A stretch of 64,000 nucleotides of DNA from a virus (IMGVR_UViG_3300032331_001791:28148-92147), one strand, 5' to 3'; positions 51,049 to 59,809 are shown, counted from the first letter of the stretch. Numbers and translations: made by a program. The notes: generated by a model from the letters alone, not told the origin.

Positions 51049-51307
51049 AGAATCAGATCAGGATAGAGTTTTAGCACTAGAGGCTCATGCATACTTTAAA
51101 CAACGGGTTGAAGAGAACCCAGCCGATAATGTTTCCAAAGCGTTAATGGTTGATTGTCTTAAAGTAGCTCAGTCATCAAAACAAAATGTTGTTAAAGTTT
51201 TAACTTTAATGACAAAGATGAATGAGAAAGATGAACCTGAAAAAACTAAAGCAAGCGGAACCGCCGAATCCTTATTTTCTGAACTGGATCAAGTGAATGA
51301 ACACTAA
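50972..51307 (+). CDS. Hypothetical protein
   Basis: GGAG SD; helical. Confidence 0.55.
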   Translation: MPTTYVPKTPHLAQTKIQKIAKKLIEESDQDRVLALEAHAYFKQRVEENPADNVSKALMVDCLKVAQSSKQNVVKVLTLMTKMNEKDEPEKTKASGTAESLFSELDQVNEH

Positions 51308-52745
51308 AGGTAATTATCTAGTAATTTGTGATGAGATAAATCTGGTTCTTCAAGTTAAAATATTAGATAACAATGAAGAATCAGCACTTTTTACTCAAAT
51401 ACGCCAGAAGATCTCTGGAGTAGAAAAATATTTTTCTTACATAGAATACAAAGAATTTATTTGTAAGAAAATTATTATTGACTATGAAGAGATAGTTTCA
51501 GGTGCTATTCAGCATGAAATTGATAGTGATGCATATAGAAAATTATTGGATAACTTATATTCAGCAGTATGTATAATTTATCCCCCTCTATCGCTAGAGT
51601 TTGTTGCAATTGATTTGAATTCTGAGAAACACAGCAAACTAGACAAGATGAAAAATTCCTCAGATTTCTTAAAGAACTTGACAGAGACTTTGAGATCACA
51701 AATAGGAAAAGATACTGTTAAGAAGAAGGTTAGCAAGGTTAAAGTTCCTCCAACAATTAAGACTAAAACTGGTTTTGAAAAGTTGGAAAGTGAAATGAAA
51801 AAATCTATTATTGGACAAGACCATGCTATTGATTCTGTTATAAAGCATATGAAGCTTATATCAGCAGGATTATCACACTCATCCTCTTTCTTCTTTGTTG
51901 GACCTACTGGAGTCGGTAAGACTGAACTATCAAAGCTTATAGGCTCTAGTTACAGTGGTCACTTCTTTAAGATAAATTGTGCTGAATATGCTGGAGCACA
52001 CGAATACGCTAAACTCATAGGATCACCCCCAGGATATGTGGGTCATTCAGACAAGAGTATTCTGAAAGAAAAATCAGACATATCAAATAAGTGGGTATTC
52101 CTCTTTGATGAAATTGAAAAAGCAGATGCTAAACTAGCAGATTTTCTATTGTCTTTGCTCGATGATGGAACTTGTACAGATAACATGGGCAATGTGCTAG
52201 ATTTTAGCGAATCTATTTTTATCTTCACTTCCAATCAAGGGGTTAGTGATGTTAAGTATAGCAGTCTAGGTTTTGTAAAAAACAAACCTAGTAAGGAATC
52301 TATTAACAGCACGATCTTCGATTCAGTAAAAAAGAAGTTTAGTCCTGAATTTATGAATCGTATAGATGAAGTTATTTTCTTTAATTCCTTAAGCAAAGAG
52401 GATGTAAGGAAGATAGTAATCAATAAGCTATCAGAATATCCAATTAATCTTACTGAAGACTTAATTGATTATGTTATAGAAAAGTCTTATTCTTTCGAGT
52501 ACGGTGCTAGAAATGTTGCTCGTTATATTAAAAACAACATTGCAACAGTAATAGCAGAGGCCATACTAGAGAAACAAGTTAAAATGCCAGCTAAATTTAT
52601 CCTAAATATTAAGGATGGGCTACCACAAGTTTGTGAGGTTATAAATGAAAAACCAGCGAAAGAGCAAAAAACCAAAAAGTCAAACCAAGAGGTATTGGAA
52701 GTTCGTGTCGGGGGAGAAAATCCTGCTGCACAAAAAAATGAGTGA
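51297..52745 (+). CDS. Clp/Hsp100 AAA+ ATPase with a single D2-type module
   Basis: IIGQD, GPTGVGKT, LIGSPPGYVG, FDEIEKA, PEF.NRID, GAR. Confidence 0.92.
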   Translation: MNTKGNYLVICDEINLVLQVKILDNNEESALFTQIRQKISGVEKYFSYIEYKEFICKKIIIDYEEIVSGAIQHEIDSDAYRKLLDNLYSAVCIIYPPLSLEFVAIDLNSEKHSKLDKMKNSSDFLKNLTETLRSQIGKDTVKKKVSKVKVPPTIKTKTGFEKLESEMKKSIIGQDHAIDSVIKHMKLISAGLSHSSSFFFVGPTGVGKTELSKLIGSSYSGHFFKINCAEYAGAHEYAKLIGSPPGYVGHSDKSILKEKSDISNKWVFLFDEIEKADAKLADFLLSLLDDGTCTDNMGNVLDFSESIFIFTSNQGVSDVKYSSLGFVKNKPSKESINSTIFDSVKKKFSPEFMNRIDEVIFFNSLSKEDVRKIVINKLSEYPINLTEDLIDYVIEKSYSFEYGARNVARYIKNNIATVIAEAILEKQVKMPAKFILNIKDGLPQVCEVINEKPAKEQKTKKSNQEVLEVRVGGENPAAQKNE

Positions 52746-52859
52746 GGAAGAAAAGTATTTAGTTTTTAATTGTGCAGTTAAAACATTAAAAGGACAATAC
52801 CCATCAATAAACAGCTTCGAGTTAATAGATTGGGTATGTGATAACATTCGATAAATTTA

Positions 52860-52890
52860 AAAGAAGATCCCTGTTTTAGGGATCTTCTTT
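52860..52890 (+). terminator. Terminator-like hairpin
   Basis: AAAGAAGATCCCT-GTTTT-AGGGATCTTCTTT. Confidence 0.75.
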
Positions 52891-52914
52891 GCTATATATC
52901 AGAGTGAGGTAATT

Positions 52915-53127
52915 ATGGGTAGATTAAAAGATAAAAGAATAGCAAGACAAATAGCAAAAAATATAGAACTAGGATTAGTTATTGAGCAAGCTCCAAAATT
53001 AGATTCTGATCCAGTCGGACAGGTTGGCGAAGTAGGCATAAAGGGATTTTTTGACATAGATGCCCGTTCTCCAGAGTTGGAAACAGAAAGCAAGCCTAAG
53101 AAAAAAGCTAAGAAGGATTCTCAATGA
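52915..53127 (+). CDS. Small hypothetical protein
   Basis: GAGG SD; follows a CTATATA element. Confidence 0.55.
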   Translation: MGRLKDKRIARQIAKNIELGLVIEQAPKLDSDPVGQVGEVGIKGFFDIDARSPELETESKPKKKAKKDSQ

Positions 53128-53735
53128 ACTACAGAGATTTATTACAGCGCACAATAAACATTATTTCTGAGGCTAATCGCTACGAAAGAGAGAAGATGAA
53201 GGGAGCTTCAGCCGAGGCTATAGCTTCAGAGAGAACTAAGCGTAGATTTGGCCGGGATGTTCCAGGTACAGAAGCGGCTCGTCAAAAGATGCATCCAAGA
53301 GGAGAGCAGCGGGGAGGGCCTGGGCGTAAAGGTGTAAATACATCTAAGAGAACTGGATCTGATCCTTTAGCTAAAAGAGAGCCAAAGGGAAATGAGCCTG
53401 TAACTTCCGCAGAGGCTGGCCCAAGGAAGCGTGAAACTCGTAGAATAGAGCATTTAAAGGCTAAGGTAAATCTTCCTGAGCCTAAAAAGAAAGTCGTTAA
53501 AAAGAAAGTCGTTAAAAAGAAGCTCGTAAAGGAAGGCAGCATGAGCACAAACAGAATGCTTAGAAAGTCTGCCAGCCCTAAAAATAATGCTCCTAGTAAA
53601 GGTAAGTTTGCTAGAATTCAACATAAACTTTTTAGCAGACAAGCAAGAATAGATAGACGCGATGCTGATAATGCAGCTATAAAACGCTATGAAGATGAGC
53701 AAGACGCTAAACACGACAAGCACGCCAAGTATTGA
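53124..53735 (+). CDS. Basic protein, putative internal head protein
   Basis: N-terminal IISE|A, internal VKE|G; K/R-rich; KKVV repeat. Confidence 0.55.
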   Translation: MNYRDLLQRTINIISEANRYEREKMKGASAEAIASERTKRRFGRDVPGTEAARQKMHPRGEQRGGPGRKGVNTSKRTGSDPLAKREPKGNEPVTSAEAGPRKRETRRIEHLKAKVNLPEPKKKVVKKKVVKKKLVKEGSMSTNRMLRKSASPKNNAPSKGKFARIQHKLFSRQARIDRRDADNAAIKRYEDEQDAKHDKHAKY

Positions 53736-53755
53736 TTTTTAAGGAGATCTAAATT

Positions 53756-54280
53756 ATGAATAAAAACGATATAATAAAACTGTTAATTGAATCCTCTACT
53801 GCTTATGAAAATAAGTATCGCGCAGATGAAGGATATAAAAAGGGGACTGTAAAGAGAGCAGCTAAAGATGCTCTTCGTGGAGGTGCTAATCCTGAAGCAG
53901 TGAAAAAGGAAGGCCCCGCTGGGGAAACAGTTAGAAGTAAGGGGGCTCAATTTAGAGGTAAGGGTGCTGCAAAAGGCTTTGCTGAAAAAATGAAAAAACA
54001 AAAGAAGTCTCATTTACCCCCCAAAGATGAAAAGCTAATGCGCCAAGGGCTTAAAATGGAAGAGACTCTTCGTCAAGACGAAGTTAGTAAATACTTTGAT
54101 CCAAATCAAAGAAGAACTGAAAGAAGACTTAAGGGACAGGCGATGAAAGCTAAGGCTGACAATCCAAAAGCATTACAAGACTTAGGTAAAGCAGCTAAAG
54201 TTGCTACTGCAAAAGCTAAATTCAGAAAAGAGCAGATCAAAAAAAATCAAATGGATGATAGTAAGTATCCATTTAAATGA
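53756..54280 (+). CDS. Basic protein, putative internal head protein
   Basis: AAGGAG SD; N-terminal LLIE|S; K/R-rich. Confidence 0.55.
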   Translation: MNKNDIIKLLIESSTAYENKYRADEGYKKGTVKRAAKDALRGGANPEAVKKEGPAGETVRSKGAQFRGKGAAKGFAEKMKKQKKSHLPPKDEKLMRQGLKMEETLRQDEVSKYFDPNQRRTERRLKGQAMKAKADNPKALQDLGKAAKVATAKAKFRKEQIKKNQMDDSKYPFK

Positions 54281-54313
54281 TTAATCCAACCATCTGGAAT
54301 TCCCAGATAGTTC

Positions 54314-54344
54314 AAAAAAGCCACCTCAAAAGGGTGGTTTTTTT
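54314..54344 (+). terminator. Intrinsic terminator
   Basis: AAAAAAGCCACC-loop-GGTGGTTTTTTT. Confidence 0.75.
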
Positions 54345-54356
54345 GTCGAAATAAAG

Positions 54357-54384
54357 TTGAGAAAAGAGGGGTATGGGCTATTAT
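54357..54384 (+). promoter_or_regulatory. Putative tRNA operon promoter
   Basis: TTGAGA-16-TATTAT, 13 nt before the first tRNA. Confidence 0.5.
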
Positions 54385-54397
54385 AAGGTGGCTCAAC

Positions 54398-54474
54398 GCG
54401 ACTGTAGCTCAGTTGGTTAGAGCAGGGTTCTTATAAAGCTCAGGTCAGAAGTTCAAGTCTTCTCAGTCGCACCA
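54398..54474 (+). tRNA. tRNA-Ile(UAU)
   Basis: Acceptor GCGACTG/CAGTCGC, loop CT-TAT-AA, GTTCAAG, ACCA. Confidence 0.9.
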
Positions 54475-54478
54475 TATT

Positions 54479-54535
54479 GGCGCGGGAGTAGCTAGATCGT
54501 AAGACTAGCTGTAATCAGAACCCAACTCCCGCGCC
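54479..54535 (+). ncRNA. Unassigned structured RNA candidate
   Basis: Perfect 11-bp GC-rich stem enclosing a GUAA-capped hairpin and a 14-nt bulge. Confidence 0.55.
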
Positions 54536-54559
54536 GTTCTTTTAAACTTAGTACACTAT

Positions 54560-54646
54560 GGCCTAGTGGCGAAATAGGCAGACGCATCAGACTTAAAATC
54601 TGAAGCCCTCACAGGCGTATCGGTTCGATTCCGATCTAGGCTACCA
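54560..54646 (+). tRNA. tRNA-Leu(UAA)
   Basis: TCAGA-CT-TAA-AA-TCTGA, long variable arm, ACCA. Confidence 0.93.
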
Positions 54647-54647
54647 T

Positions 54648-54724
54648 GGCTCCGTAGCTCAACAGGATAGAGCAACGGTTTTCTAAACCGTAGGTTAGTG
54701 GTTCGATCCCACTCGGAGCTACCA
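54648..54724 (+). tRNA. tRNA-Arg(UCU)
   Basis: ACGGT-TT-TCT-AA-ACCGT, ACCA. Confidence 0.93.
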
Positions 54725-54729
54725 ATCAC

Positions 54730-54804
54730 TCCCTGATAGCTCAATGGTAGAGCACAAAACTGTTAATTTTGGTGTTGAAGGTTCGAGTCCTTCTCGGGGA
54801 GCCA
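54730..54804 (+). tRNA. tRNA-Asn(GUU)
   Basis: CAAAA-CT-GTT-AA-TTTTG, GCCA. Confidence 0.93.
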
Positions 54805-54885
54805 TCTAAACACTCTTTGAAAACTTAAATTTAGGTAGAACTAAAAATGTTCTACCTATACTATATATTATGGAGAAATGCTTTT

Positions 54886-55239
54886 ATGGCAAAACACGAA
54901 ATAAAAAATTGTAGCAAACATGGAGATGTAAAATTTGTATTGGAAGGTCGTGGTTATTTTAGATGTACTGCGTGCAGAGTTGATGCTGTTGTCAAAAGAA
55001 GAAAAAAAATTAAATTATTGTCTGTAGAATACAAAGGTGGGAAATGTCATTTTTGTGGTTATAACAAATGTGTTGAAGCATTAGATTTTCACCATTTAGA
55101 TGCAAATAAAAAAGATTTTGGAATTGCTTACAAGGGCCACACAAAATCTTTTGATAAAATAAGATCAGAGTTAGATAAATGCGTTTTAGTATGTTCTAAC
55201 TGTCACAGAGAAATACACGCAGGGTTAATTCAATGGTAG
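54886..55239 (+). CDS. HNH endonuclease within the tRNA cluster
   Basis: CSKHG, CTAC, YKGGKC..CGYNKC.EALDFHH, KCVLVCSNCHREIH; GGAG SD. Confidence 0.88.
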   Translation: MAKHEIKNCSKHGDVKFVLEGRGYFRCTACRVDAVVKRRKKIKLLSVEYKGGKCHFCGYNKCVEALDFHHLDANKKDFGIAYKGHTKSFDKIRSELDKCVLVCSNCHREIHAGLIQW

Positions 55240-55293
55240 AATGATAGCCTTCCAAGCTATTCGTTGCGAGTTCAAATCTCGTACCCTGCTCCA
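55219..55293 (+). tRNA. tRNA-Gly(UCC)
   Basis: GCAGGGT/ACCCTGC, ATAGC-CT-TCC-AA-GCTAT, TCCA. Confidence 0.92.
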
Positions 55294-55301
55294 ATATAAA
55301 T

Positions 55302-55377
55302 GAGATCGTAGCTCAGTCGGTAGAGCATTAGACTTTTAATCTAGTGGTCGTGGGTTCGATCCCCACCGATCTCACCA
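55302..55377 (+). tRNA. tRNA-Lys(UUU)
   Basis: GAGATCG/CGATCTC, TAGA-CT-TTT-AA-TCTA, ACCA. Confidence 0.93.
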
Positions 55378-55385
55378 AATCAATT

Positions 55386-55649
55386 ATGAATATACATGAA
55401 ATTTTAAAAGAATTAGAATTAGATCTGCTGTTAGCCGATGGGTTCGATGAAGCCCTAGTCGGTTTTGCAGAGGTCAACGGAGAGACAGTAGTAGTTTATG
55501 ACTATTATAAAATCGTAGACATTCTAATAGAAAGAGATGAAATGGATCCTGAAGATGCAAAAGAATATGCAGACTTTAATGTTAAAGGCGCGTATGTAGG
55601 GCCAAAAACCCCCATCTTCATGTCACCTCTTGCCAAAAAGTCAAATTAA
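55386..55649 (+). CDS. Conserved-type phage hypothetical protein
   Basis: ADGFDEALVG..VVYD..A.EY..FNV.GAYVG..TPIF. Confidence 0.7.
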   Translation: MNIHEILKELELDLLLADGFDEALVGFAEVNGETVVVYDYYKIVDILIERDEMDPEDAKEYADFNVKGAYVGPKTPIFMSPLAKKSN

Positions 55650-56022
55650 CCCCTATTACCAAAAAGTCAAACTTATGCTAATAAAAGCTGATTTATACAA
55701 TATTACACACTCAACAGTGCAAGGAGAGCCAAGCACTATCGAGTTCAAGATATCGCATTTCCGAAACTACACCAATAAACAGATACTCAAGAATGGCGGG
55801 TATACCTGTTTGTCAATGGTGGAAGATGGAAAGCCATACTCAATTGTGTCTCGCTGTAGTGCGCGGGAAACTTACAATCGTAAGAAGGGTGTACAAGAGT
55901 GCATCCGTAAGTATCTACAAAGAACTTATGGTAGCTATGGAACAGAAATTATGTTAAGTATGGATCGTAAGAATCCTCGTCACTACATAGTTCATTTCTC
56001 AGTTTACAAAGATAATAAATAA
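55630..56022 (+). CDS. Hypothetical protein
   Basis: GGYT...CS..E.YNRK.G motif. Confidence 0.55.
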   Translation: MPKSQINPYYQKVKLMLIKADLYNITHSTVQGEPSTIEFKISHFRNYTNKQILKNGGYTCLSMVEDGKPYSIVSRCSARETYNRKKGVQECIRKYLQRTYGSYGTEIMLSMDRKNPRHYIVHFSVYKDNK

Positions 56023-56056
56023 CTTTAGTAATACTAAAATTTTTCTGAAAAAATCC

Positions 56057-56091
56057 GTGACAAAGGCTTCCTCGTAGGTTATAGTCCCTAC
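56057..56091 (+). promoter_or_regulatory. Leaderless sigma70-type promoter
   Basis: GTGACA-17-TATAGT-6-ATG. Confidence 0.65.
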
Positions 56092-56574
56092 ATGAACATT
56101 TTCGCCCTTGATCTCGACCCAAATCTTTGCGCTGCCTATCATTGCGATAGTCATGTTGTGAAGATGATTACCGAGCATATGCAAATGCTCAACTCCAATG
56201 CCAAGTTCCTATCCAAAGTTAGTGGTAAGATAGCTTGGTTGAACCATCCCTGCACCATCTGGCTCCGCGAGTCTAGAGAAAACTTGGATTGGCTTAACAA
56301 GGTACAGATTGAACTTAACTTTGAATGGCAAAAAAGGTGGAATCACCCTTCCAATCTTAACCATCGGGGTTATGATCTCTGGCGTACCCTGTATGATAGT
56401 AAGAACCTCAGGAATCTCTTCCCTGATGTTCCCATGACTCGCTTCGCACAAGCGATGCCTGACGAATGCAAGCGCGATAATCCTATTGATGGATATCGCA
56501 CTTACTACAACACTCACAAGAAAACTTTCGCTAAGTGGAAAACTCAAACTCCTTTCTGGTATAATCCTGTATGA
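56092..56574 (+). CDS. Pyrimidine dimer DNA glycosylase (DenV-related) family protein
   Basis: MNIF.LD..P..A..HCD.HVVKM..E..QML; NHPCTIW; QAMPD; YR.YY...K...W. Confidence 0.8.
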   Translation: MNIFALDLDPNLCAAYHCDSHVVKMITEHMQMLNSNAKFLSKVSGKIAWLNHPCTIWLRESRENLDWLNKVQIELNFEWQKRWNHPSNLNHRGYDLWRTLYDSKNLRNLFPDVPMTRFAQAMPDECKRDNPIDGYRTYYNTHKKTFAKWKTQTPFWYNPV

Positions 56575-57617
56575 GTAAGATTCAAGATAACAAAATTGGT
56601 CTTTGTTACGATGATGTATTGATTGTTCCAAGGTATTCTGATGTATTGACTAGATCAGCCGTAATTTTAGCTCCTAACTTTAAGCCTTTTACTAGTTTAG
56701 ATTCTCACTTTAAGCCTTTTACTGGCCTAAAGATTCCAATCATTTCTGCAAACATGGATACCATTACTGGTATCAAGATGGCAAAAAAGATGCAGGAGCT
56801 TGGAGGCTTTGGAATCATTCATCGTAATGAATCTATTCAAAACATTGATAAGGCTTTTAAAAACATCGAACCAAAAAATGTTTTTGTGGCAGTCGGTAGT
56901 TATCTTAATAACAAACAACGAATTGATGATGTTATGTCTAGAGGATATAACATTTGTGTAGATATTGCTCACGGGGATAGTTATCATATGAAAAAAACCC
57001 TTGAGTATATCCGAAGCAAAGATAGTAATATCTTTATTATTGCTGGAAATGTCGCCACTCCAGATGCGTGTATCGCACTTAACTATTGGGGAGCAAACTT
57101 GGTTAAGGTTGGAGTAGGTGGAGGAAGTGCTTGCACAACCAGAATCAAGACTGGTTGCGGGGTTCCTCAACTTACAGCAGTTCTTGATTGTGCCCAAGCT
57201 GGTATTCCTTTCATTGCTGATGGAGGCATTCGTAACTCAGGGGACGCTGCCAAGGCTCTTGCAGCGGGAGCAAATTTCATTATGATTGGGGGTATGCTTG
57301 CAGGAACTGACTGCACTCCTAATTGGAATTACGAAGATGCCCTGCTTGGTAAAGATATGGAATTTAGAGGAATGGCATCTTTCAAAGCAAAGGAGGCAAC
57401 TGGCCTTGCGATGCGTCACGAAGAGGGAATCTCAACCAAGGTTAAAGCGCGTTTTGAAGGTAGTACAGAAGAAGTTATCCAAGGACTCGTAGATGGAATT
57501 AAGTCCGCTATGAGTTATGCTGGATGCTTTACTTTGCAAGAATTTAGTTATCGAGCCACTTTCATGCAAGTTTCATCTAACACTTATAAGGAGAACCATG
57601 CACACTTCCAACAATGA
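56571..57617 (+). CDS. IMP dehydrogenase/GMP reductase family protein (no CBS domains)
   Basis: [48 protein letters not shown]. Confidence 0.92.
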   Translation: MSKIQDNKIGLCYDDVLIVPRYSDVLTRSAVILAPNFKPFTSLDSHFKPFTGLKIPIISANMDTITGIKMAKKMQELGGFGIIHRNESIQNIDKAFKNIEPKNVFVAVGSYLNNKQRIDDVMSRGYNICVDIAHGDSYHMKKTLEYIRSKDSNIFIIAGNVATPDACIALNYWGANLVKVGVGGGSACTTRIKTGCGVPQLTAVLDCAQAGIPFIADGGIRNSGDAAKALAAGANFIMIGGMLAGTDCTPNWNYEDALLGKDMEFRGMASFKAKEATGLAMRHEEGISTKVKARFEGSTEEVIQGLVDGIKSAMSYAGCFTLQEFSYRATFMQVSSNTYKENHAHFQQ

Positions 57618-57858
57618 TGATATGATTAACCATCCGAAGCATTACACCTTCGGTAAATTTGAAGTAATTGATGTAATCGAGGATGCAAAGCTCGACTACC
57701 ATCTTGGGAATGTAATTAAGTACATCCTGCGTGCAAGACATAAAGGGAAGTATCTTGAGGATCTCAAGAAGGCTAGATTCTATCTAAATCGTAAGATTGA
57801 GCTTATTGAGAAAGAACAGGAAGACATTCCCGACTTCGAAAATCCTCCCTACAAATGA
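57598..57858 (+). CDS. DUF3310-family protein
   Basis: INHPKHY..EVID..GNVIKY..R...K...EDLKKA.FY. Confidence 0.85.
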   Translation: MHTSNNDDMINHPKHYTFGKFEVIDVIEDAKLDYHLGNVIKYILRARHKGKYLEDLKKARFYLNRKIELIEKEQEDIPDFENPPYK

Positions 57859-58457
57859 AATCAGAACTAACAAGCGATCAATGGGATAAGATTGAGAATA
57901 AATATGGCAAACTTATCCACACTATCTGCCAGATGATTTCTGGAGATCAGGCTCTTTGTTCTCACGAAGACTTGTATTCTGATCTTTGTATTGCGGCTAT
58001 CGAAGCTGTGATTGGCTTTCAAAAGAAATACAACAAGCCTTTTGATGAAATCATTGATGATCCTATCTTCAATAAATACATTAAGACTTGTCTTTGGAAT
58101 TACAAGAACAACCGTGGAACAAAGCTAACCAAGAAGATGCACATTAGAAAGTGTATCCCTTTGGTTTGGGATGAAGACAAAGATGGAAAGCACTTTGATT
58201 CCCAAGCTGCTGATTTTATGGTATCAAAGGAAGATCCTTCGTTTGGTGTAGAACTTGAGTTTACTAATAAGTTTATTGAGTCCACACTTGACAAGGAGCA
58301 ATTGAACCTGATCGAGTACATAGTTGACAATCCAGATCTTTTGAAAAAGAATGGTAAAGTTAATCGGGCTGCTCTTTCTGACAAACTATCTAAGAACTGG
58401 GCGCACATTGATTCCCAACTTAACTCAATTTCAAAGCTGGTAGGTATTGAACTATGA
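57855..58457 (+). CDS. Sigma70-like factor (putative)
   Basis: KY..LI..I...EDL......IEA...F....F.KY...LWN resembles region 2; C-terminal HTH-like segment. Confidence 0.55.
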   Translation: MKSELTSDQWDKIENKYGKLIHTICQMISGDQALCSHEDLYSDLCIAAIEAVIGFQKKYNKPFDEIIDDPIFNKYIKTCLWNYKNNRGTKLTKKMHIRKCIPLVWDEDKDGKHFDSQAADFMVSKEDPSFGVELEFTNKFIESTLDKEQLNLIEYIVDNPDLLKKNGKVNRAALSDKLSKNWAHIDSQLNSISKLVGIEL

Positions 58458-58798
58458 ATAACATTTACATTTCAGGAGCCATTACAAACAGTATCACTTG
58501 TGAGACAGATTTCGCAAATGCACAAAGATGCTTGCGCGAGAGGTTCCCAGATGCTACAATCTACAACCCCATGAGCATCCCCTCTCCCAAGTTCGATCAG
58601 GACGATTGGGGGACGGATTCATCATGGCGATACTACATGATCGAGTCAATTAAAATGCTTCTCTCCTGTGATTCCATCTTTATGTTAAAAAGTTGGAAGT
58701 GGAGTCGGGGAGCAAAGATTGAACATGATTTGGCACAACACCTAGGATTAAAAATTGTTTATGAAGAATCAACCTGTCAGGGTGACGGTCACCTATAG
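58454..58798 (+). CDS. DUF4406-family protein
   Basis: IYISGAIT, NP, W..YM, CD.I.ML..W..S.GA..E. Confidence 0.85.
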   Translation: MNNIYISGAITNSITCETDFANAQRCLRERFPDATIYNPMSIPSPKFDQDDWGTDSSWRYYMIESIKMLLSCDSIFMLKSWKWSRGAKIEHDLAQHLGLKIVYEESTCQGDGHL

Positions 58799-58973
58799 CT
58801 GGACATTCACTCAAAAGCAATGGCTGGAGCATCAAGACTTTTTCTCTATGAGACAAGACTTGATCAATAAGATTACATTTGATAATGTGGATATGTTCCA
58901 TCATCTAAATCAAATGGTCTGGCCGGATACCAAAGAAATCAAAGTAGAGGCTGTAAATGACACTCAACTATGA
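58755..58973 (+). CDS. Small hypothetical protein
   Basis: Operon packing. Confidence 0.45.
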   Translation: MFMKNQPVRVTVTYSWTFTQKQWLEHQDFFSMRQDLINKITFDNVDMFHHLNQMVWPDTKEIKVEAVNDTQL

Positions 58974-59214
58974 AAGAGAAATGAGCGTTAAGAGAACCAG
59001 AGAGTTCTTGTACGCTCTTTTGGATCCAAAGGTAATGCCGAGAGTTCCAAAGAATGTTAGAGAGTGGGCTAAACATTTACTGAAGCATTATCCGACTGCC
59101 CAAGATATGGAAATCGCATCCAAGAAGTGCCCAGAAATCTTTGGATTAAACTGGGAAGACTCTTATTCTGGAACTACTTCTGAACCTGACGAAAACATTT
59201 ACCGAGGCTGCTAA
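58957..59214 (+). CDS. BPSL0761-like protein
   Basis: MT..YER...TREFL..L.DP...PRVP..VR..A..LLKHYP. Confidence 0.65.
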   Translation: MTLNYEREMSVKRTREFLYALLDPKVMPRVPKNVREWAKHLLKHYPTAQDMEIASKKCPEIFGLNWEDSYSGTTSEPDENIYRGC

Positions 59215-59215
59215 T

Positions 59216-59464
59216 ATGAAACACAATCAAATCTTTGAAGTTCGTATTCATTATAAGAATACTACCCCCACATTCGTTTACACTATGAATGATACAGAAA
59301 TGACTTGGGAAAGGGCCAAGGGTCTTATGACTCGTCTTTCTGAATCCAAAGATAAAGATAATATTGAAAATGTACATCTTATCTGTTATGATTTGATTCC
59401 TAACAGGGTTTTGGAATTTAAGCCCGATCTGAGTGATTCCATGGTTAGGTATTCGCGGGATTAA
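59216..59464 (+). CDS. Small hypothetical protein
   Basis: GAGG SD; operon packing. Confidence 0.5.
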   Translation: MKHNQIFEVRIHYKNTTPTFVYTMNDTEMTWERAKGLMTRLSESKDKDNIENVHLICYDLIPNRVLEFKPDLSDSMVRYSRD

Positions 59465-59630
59465 AATGATAGCTATCCAAAATATTACCAATGAAAAATG
59501 GTTCAAAATAACTTGGTTTATTCTCAAGTGGACTTTTATCATTGCTGCTGCTTTGGCACTCCTTTGGATTGCAATTTATTTGATTTTTCTTTATTGTGGT
59601 GCTGTAATCATTGGAAGACTTCTTAAATGA
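59433..59630 (+). CDS. Small membrane protein
   Basis: Long hydrophobic segment. Confidence 0.45.
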   Translation: MIPWLGIRGIKMIAIQNITNEKWFKITWFILKWTFIIAAALALLWIAIYLIFLYCGAVIIGRLLK

Positions 59631-59809
59631 AAAGAGAAAAATCAAATAAATTCAGAGATTGGGGCCGTAAGTTTGGTATCTTTTTATCAGACTTGGTGAA
59701 TGCTGCTGGAGTTTTAATCCTTGCATATGCCTTTGCGATCACGGGAATTGGATTCTTTTTTGTGATTCTTTGGGGGCTGGGAGAACTTGTGAAATTGATC
59801 TTCTATTAA
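59627..59809 (+). CDS. Small membrane protein
   Basis: Long hydrophobic segment; ATGA overlap. Confidence 0.5.
   Translation: MKREKSNKFRDWGRKFGIFLSDLVNAAGVLILAYAFAITGIGFFFVILWGLGELVKLIFY

Noticed and set aside
54556-54744. Minus-strand 62-aa ORF
   Set aside because: Antisense shadow of tRNA-Leu/Arg/Asn
55344-55385. GTG start of ORF 55344..55649
   Set aside because: Lies inside tRNA-Lys; ATG 55386 is more plausible
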